A DNA stretch of 64,000 nucleotides, taken from NCBI GenBank assembly GCA_963823335.1, contig CAWGLD010000001.1, forward strand, positions 1,152,001 to 1,216,000, read 5' to 3'. The stretch comes from an uncultured delta proteobacterium. GTDB taxonomy: Bacteria > Desulfobacterota > Desulfobacteria > Desulfobacterales > B30-G6. The position numbers were made by a program, and so were the translations under genes. Positions 58,911 to 64,000 of the stretch are shown piece after piece. Within the stretch, counting starts at the first letter, position 1, and each line of letters opens with the position of its first letter. Below the pieces are notes generated by a model. The model was not told the origin of the DNA. It worked only from the letters and a program-made list of their open reading frames with translations, and did not search any database.

Positions 58911-61900
58911 TTAATCTTCTTTCGGTTTAAAGGCCAACTTCATGATAAACGTCGTACCCTGGTTTAAATTGGAAATAACGTCGATACTTCCATGGTGCTC
59001 TTCAATCAGCTTGCGGGTTACGAGCAACCCCAGTCCGGTACCCTTGGCGCCTTTTGTGCTGAAAAAAGAAGAAAAAAGTTTTGTCTTGACACTGTCGGAC
59101 ATTCCGGAACCGTTGTCCGAGACTTCAAAGCGGATAATTGTTTCCCTTTCGAGAGCGGTCAGGACGCGGACTTCATGTTTTTTATCGACATTGTCGTCGA
59201 AGGTACACGCATCAATGGCGTTGGACACCAGATTTAGCAAGCACTGGTGGACCGTGTTCGGATCCATCCTGACTTCGCCGATGGCGGTCGAGAAATCTTT
59301 GACGATGTGAACACCATGGGTGCTTGCCATTTCCGTTACGAGCTCACAGACGTCATCGGCAATATCGTTAGGGAAGCAATTCTGGTATTCGGGCTCTCTT
59401 TCTTTTGAATAGGACAGAAGATCCATGACAAGATCGGATGTTTGATCGATGTTGCGCTTGATCATCTGCCAGCCATTAATTAGCTTGTCGGTGTTGTTTT
59501 TGTCAATGCCGAGATCTACCAGATAGCGGCCACCTTTAAAACCGGCAAGGATATTTTTTATGCCATGGGCCATGCCTGCTACGGTCTGGCCTATTGCGCC
59601 AAGGCGCTCGGAGTTGATCAGCTCACGCTCGAGTTTTTTGATCTCTGTCAGGTCCTGAAAAAACGCCACACCGCCCATCATCTGATTTTTTTCAAACAGC
59701 GGCATTCCAGAATAGTTGACGGGTATCTGCCGGCCATTTTTGGATTGGATCGTCGCTTCTTTCCACAATGTGAGGGGACGCAGCTCGGGGATGTTTATTT
59801 TTTCTTCGATGGACTGAATGACCTCACCAGGGAGGATGTCTTTTGCGTTAAGGTCTTTGGGGAGCTTGGGCCGGGTGTGTCCGAAAAGCCGTTCCGCTTC
59901 GGGATTGAAAAGAACGATATTCCAGTCTGCGTCGGTTGCCACAATGGCATTGTTAGAGCAACTGATGAGCTTGGACTGAAAATGGGCTTTTCGGCGGATT
60001 TCCTCCTGTAGTATGGAATTTTCAATGGCAACACCCATCCGGTTGCCGATAAGCTCCAGTACTTGGCGGTCTTCAGTGGTGAACTGTTTGAGCTGTCTGC
60101 TACTTGCCCGGATAACACCAAATGTCTTTTTTCCCTTATCCACAAGCGGGATATAGGCCAGGGATTGAAAGCCGACTTTTTTTAGTACGACGATTTCGCT
60201 GTTTTCGCTGCTTTTGATGTCTTCGAAAAGTTTGGCTTGATTGGTTTGGGCTACCTCGAACACCATGCTCTTGTTGTCAGGAAGACCATATTTTTTACAA
60301 AGGTCGCGATACTGGCCATGGCTGTATTTGAGACAGAATCTGCCATCCTCTCCAAGGATAAAAACGCAAATGACATCAAACAAAAATATATCGATAACTT
60401 TCTGTAATGCGTTGTTGATCCTTCCATCCAAATCCAGAGGTGCACTTAGTGTTGAATAGATGGCGCAGAGCGTTGCCAGTTCTCTGTTGCGTCTTTCCCG
60501 TTCTTCCTCGGCCCGTTTTTCATCGGTTCGATCCCAGATGGTTTCGATGGCACCGATCACGGTACCATCCGGATCTGTTATGGGGGCAGCGGTGAAAAGA
60601 ATCCATTTTTTCTCTTCTTCCGAACGGCCAAAATATTCTTCAGCTTCATATGCGCCGTCTATCAACTCCGATTTTTTCCACTGTGTGCCATAATAGCGCC
60701 AGAATTCTTCTTCACCGGCCTTGTCTAAAATAAGATCAGCCATGGTAGGTCTTTTTTCATCCCATGAAGGTTTCCAGTGCTGGTCTGTGCCGATGATTTG
60801 ATCCGCGGCATAGCCAGTCAGTTTTTCACAGGCTTTATTCCAGTGTGTCACGATATGATTTTTGTCTATCACAAAGGTGGGTATGGTGCTCCCCTGGATG
60901 ATCTGAGTCATGGTTTTTTCGCTGGCTTTGAGTGCTTTTGCCTTTTGGGCCAGTTCAACGTTCTGCTTTTCACGTTCTGTCTGAGCCTTTTTCTCTGCGG
61001 TTTTGTCCCAGATGGTTTCGATGGCGCCGATAATTTTGCCTTCCGGCGATCGGATGGGAGCAGCCGTGAAAAAGCACCATTTGCCCCCAGTTCCCAAATT
61101 GGGAAAAAAGACTTCAGCCTCATAAGCCTCATTCAGAAGGGCGGATTTGTGCCATTTTGTCCCATAAAGGCGTTTGATTTCCAGTTCACTGGTCTGATCT
61201 AATATGACGTCAGCCATGGACGGGCGCTTTTGATCGTAAAAGGATTTCCATTGATCCTTGGTGCCCACCATTTCCCGGGAGGGCAGTCCTGTGAGATTTT
61301 CCAGAGCCCTGTTCCAGTGCGTGATAACATGATTGATGTCGATGACAAACGTGGGGATGGTGCTGCCCTGGATGATTTGGGACATGATCTGCTGGCTTGC
61401 GGTTATGGCCCGGGTTTTTTCTGTCAGGGCGATATTGTGCTGCTTCCGCTCTTCATGGGACAATTTTTCTTCTGTTTTGTCCTGGAGTGTCTCGATGGCG
61501 CCGATGGTGATGCCTTGGGCGTTTTTTATGGGTGCAGCCGTAAAAAAAAGCCACTTGCCGTTGTCGCCGAGATGGTCGAAATACTCTTCGGCTTCATACG
61601 CCCCATTGATGAGATCCGATTTCTTCCACTTTGTCCCATAGTAGCGCCAGACCTCTTCCTCCTTTACACCGTCCAAGATCAGATCGGCCATGATGGGCCG
61701 TTCTTTTGATCTGAAAGGTTTCCAGTGGTTGCGGGTACCAACGATCTGTTTGGCGGAATAACCTGTCAGTTTCTCACAGGCCCTGTTCCAGTGGGTAACG
61801 ACATGATTTTTATTGATAAGGAATGTGGCGATGGTGCTGCCCTGAATAGCTTGAAATAAGGCTTTTTCACCGGTCACCATCTCTTTTCGGTTTGTCTGTG

Positions 61901-62372
61901 CGTAGACGTCCTGTTCTGTGGTCAGGTGTATGATGGATTGATAAAACTCCTCAAAGAGAGCCTCAATCTTCGCACCATCGTTTCGAGTTTCGCGGAGTCT
62001 TTTCAACAGCTCAGTTTTTTTTGTCTTTATTGACAATTGCTGCAGAATAAAACGTGCCTCGAAAAAATCGACAAACGCAACCCCGGGAGGTTTGTTTAAT
62101 AGGATATCTTCCCCCAGGTTGATGTCCTTGGTCAGTTCGATAATTAGATCCAGGTTTTCAAGAGTGAAAAGCTCTTTATAATCTGTGGTGGTAAAAATTC
62201 CCATTTCTCGAGCATAGACCAGACCGGCAGCTTCCAGGTTCAGATCGGCCACCCCGAGGACATTGGGCTTTCCGGCATCGAAAGCCTCGCTGAAAATGGA
62301 TTTGAGAAGTGCCAGGCAGAATCGGCCGCCTCCGACGATGACAATATTCGCTTTTTCTAATCGTTCTATCAT
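58911..62372 (-). CDS. Cytoplasmic multi-PAS/GAF sensor histidine kinase
   Basis: N-terminal IVIVGGG Rossmann-like segment; three QGSTI.TF.I...HWN PAS repeats; GAF; PAS; AHGIKN H-box; NLVSNAIDA; FFSTKG..GTGLGL. Confidence 0.92.
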   Translation of the reverse strand: MIERLEKANIVIVGGGRFCLALLKSIFSEAFDAGKPNVLGVADLNLEAAGLVYAREMGIFTTTDYKELFTLENLDLIIELTKDINLGEDILLNKPPGVAFVDFFEARFILQQLSIKTKKTELLKRLRETRNDGAKIEALFEEFYQSIIHLTTEQDVYAQTNRKEMVTGEKALFQAIQGSTIATFLINKNHVVTHWNRACEKLTGYSAKQIVGTRNHWKPFRSKERPIMADLILDGVKEEEVWRYYGTKWKKSDLINGAYEAEEYFDHLGDNGKWLFFTAAPIKNAQGITIGAIETLQDKTEEKLSHEERKQHNIALTEKTRAITASQQIMSQIIQGSTIPTFVIDINHVITHWNRALENLTGLPSREMVGTKDQWKSFYDQKRPSMADVILDQTSELEIKRLYGTKWHKSALLNEAYEAEVFFPNLGTGGKWCFFTAAPIRSPEGKIIGAIETIWDKTAEKKAQTEREKQNVELAQKAKALKASEKTMTQIIQGSTIPTFVIDKNHIVTHWNKACEKLTGYAADQIIGTDQHWKPSWDEKRPTMADLILDKAGEEEFWRYYGTQWKKSELIDGAYEAEEYFGRSEEEKKWILFTAAPITDPDGTVIGAIETIWDRTDEKRAEEERERRNRELATLCAIYSTLSAPLDLDGRINNALQKVIDIFLFDVICVFILGEDGRFCLKYSHGQYRDLCKKYGLPDNKSMVFEVAQTNQAKLFEDIKSSENSEIVVLKKVGFQSLAYIPLVDKGKKTFGVIRASSRQLKQFTTEDRQVLELIGNRMGVAIENSILQEEIRRKAHFQSKLISCSNNAIVATDADWNIVLFNPEAERLFGHTRPKLPKDLNAKDILPGEVIQSIEEKINIPELRPLTLWKEATIQSKNGRQIPVNYSGMPLFEKNQMMGGVAFFQDLTEIKKLERELINSERLGAIGQTVAGMAHGIKNILAGFKGGRYLVDLGIDKNNTDKLINGWQMIKRNIDQTSDLVMDLLSYSKEREPEYQNCFPNDIADDVCELVTEMASTHGVHIVKDFSTAIGEVRMDPNTVHQCLLNLVSNAIDACTFDDNVDKKHEVRVLTALERETIIRFEVSDNGSGMSDSVKTKLFSSFFSTKGAKGTGLGLLVTRKLIEEHHGSIDVISNLNQGTTFIMKLAFKPKED

Positions 62373-62391
62373 AAAATGCTATCCAGCCTTA

Positions 62392-63279
62392 TTATGGAAT
62401 CAGTAGAACCGGGAGTTCAGACAGTTCTGCTATTTGATGAGAAACGCCTCCCAGCCAGTATTCCTGGAACCAGTCTTTTCCTGTTCTTCCCATCACAATC
62501 ATGGAGGCTTTATGGTCTCTTGAAAGCCTTACAAGCTCCGGAACGGTTTTTCCGGCTGACAGGTGATACTCAGCCTGCATACCGGATTGTGCGATCTTCC
62601 GACAGTAGTTTTGGAGCCGTGATTTACTTTCCTTTTCAATCTGGTTGAGTCTGTCGTGATTCATTCCTTTGGTGAGTTTGGCATCAATGACATGCACCAC
62701 GAGAATGGTTTTTGCAAGTCCCTTTAATGCTGACATGCCTTGCCTTGCATTATCTGATGGCTGCGACCAGTCCGTGGCGAGCATCGGTCGTTCAAAAATA
62801 TGTTCGTTGGTTCGTGTTAGCTGCTCGTTTTCCCATTCAAACTGAACCATATATTTGCTCATGAGTACCGGCACCTTACTACGCCGCAGGATATCCATGA
62901 TGTGTGAACCCACGTATACCCTTTCCATCAGGGTTCTTTTTTTCCTGCCGATGACAATCAAGTCAACATCCTCTTTTTCGGCAATGGTCAGAATTTCCGC
63001 ATTCGGGGCACCGACTTCGATCCTGATATGGCTCTCAATGCCATGTTGGGCGATTGTTTCCTGCCAGTCCTCGAACCGCATGCGTGCTTCCGCTTTCAAC
63101 TGGGCTTCTGTTTCCTTGAGATAGCCCCCATATGGAACAAAGGAGACCTCGTCCCGTGGAATGATATGGGTCAGGAAAATCGATTCCAGTCCTGCTTTTT
63201 TCAATTCCAGAATGGTCTTTAGGGAATTGAGTGCCAGTTCTCTGAAATGTGTATGAAATAAAACCTTTCTAAAAATCAT
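62392..63279 (-). CDS. Tandem universal stress protein
   Basis: DVDLIVIG, LATDWSQPS, WLGGVS...LPVLLIP. Confidence 0.88.
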   Translation of the reverse strand: MIFRKVLFHTHFRELALNSLKTILELKKAGLESIFLTHIIPRDEVSFVPYGGYLKETEAQLKAEARMRFEDWQETIAQHGIESHIRIEVGAPNAEILTIAEKEDVDLIVIGRKKRTLMERVYVGSHIMDILRRSKVPVLMSKYMVQFEWENEQLTRTNEHIFERPMLATDWSQPSDNARQGMSALKGLAKTILVVHVIDAKLTKGMNHDRLNQIEKESKSRLQNYCRKIAQSGMQAEYHLSAGKTVPELVRLSRDHKASMIVMGRTGKDWFQEYWLGGVSHQIAELSELPVLLIP

Positions 63280-63293
63280 GAATCAACTCCTTT

Positions 63294-64000
63294 TCAAAAG
63301 AAAATGAGGGAGACAATGGCAAATGTGGGAATGAGAAAAATCATGGAATATTTAAATATGTAGCCAAAGAAGCTCGGCATGGGTGTTCCAGTTTCTTCGG
63401 CAATCGAGCGGACCATGAAGTTGGGCGCATTGCCGATATAACTGCATGCGCCGAAGAAGACTGCCCCTGTTGAGATGGCTTTTAAATAAATTGCATTTTC
63501 GGTCATCAACAGGGGCACGGCCTGAGCTTCGGTGAGGCCGGAATAAAAACTTCCCAGCGCCGTGTTGAAAAAGGTAAGATAGGTGGGAGCGTTGTCCAGA
63601 AAGGCGGACAGCGCGCCGGTAACCCAGAAGTAATGATAGGGTTTTTCCACGATGCTGATCAGGAAAGCCAGATCACCATGGGTGCCAGCCTTCAGTATCA
63701 GCAGACATGGTATCATGGTAATAAATATGCCGATAAAGAGATAGGCCACTTCAATAATGGGAAACCAGGTAAACTCATTGTCCTCCCTGAGTTTAATGGG
63801 TGTCGTAACCAGGGAGGCGACACCCAGCAGAACCAGAAGGCCGTCTCGGAGCCAGTCCTGAATTGCCCTGTGAATTCCCAGGATGTTGATTTCCCCCAGA
63901 TCGACCATGCCGCTCATCAAAACGGAACCCACCACACCGCCAAGAAACAGGAAGTTGTAGGTTCCTTCGATTTTAAGGGCTTCTTTTGCTTCTTCCTTGG
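63294..64000 (-). CDS. Putative sodium:proton antiporter / ion transporter, 5'-truncated by window edge
   Basis: Frame is open to 64000; EVAYLFIGIFITMIP, LSAFLDNAPTYL, YIGNAPNFMV. Confidence 0.8.
   Translation of the reverse strand, partial: KEEAKEALKIEGTYNFLFLGGVVGSVLMSGMVDLGEINILGIHRAIQDWLRDGLLVLLGVASLVTTPIKLREDNEFTWFPIIEVAYLFIGIFITMIPCLLILKAGTHGDLAFLISIVEKPYHYFWVTGALSAFLDNAPTYLTFFNTALGSFYSGLTEAQAVPLLMTENAIYLKAISTGAVFFGACSYIGNAPNFMVRSIAEETGTPMPSFFGYIFKYSMIFLIPTFAIVSLIFF

Overview
64-kb bacterial chromosomal window; gene content and repeat families suggest an anaerobic Desulfobacterota (Desulfobacterales-like) organism (inference). The main result is a genetic-code expansion signal that the ORF track splits: two adjacent methylamine methyltransferase genes, mtbB (35416-36798) and mttB (37225-38718), each carry one in-frame TAG at the position where archaeal homologues carry pyrrolysine. 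A probable decayed corrinoid-protein remnant follows them. No pylTSBCD genes are in the window, and TAG still ends at least 8 ordinary genes. The ORF track also misses a >1700-aa secreted teneurin-like NHL/YD-repeat protein running off the left edge. Other content: a putative (R)-selective amine transaminase operon, two liv-type ABC systems, a PaaK/enoyl-CoA hydratase/RidA cluster, ornithine cyclodeaminase plus two FAD oxidoreductases, RND pump-AOR-ThiS, PA14 and HD-GYP genes, a NifS/Sec-lyase-like gene, pncB/pncA, nadK, an Mla-like cluster with a degenerate ATPase, ahcY-metK, and a USP/PAS-kinase/antiporter cluster. Several dispersed REP/MITE-like repeats are present. No rRNA, tRNA, CRISPR array or transposase was seen.
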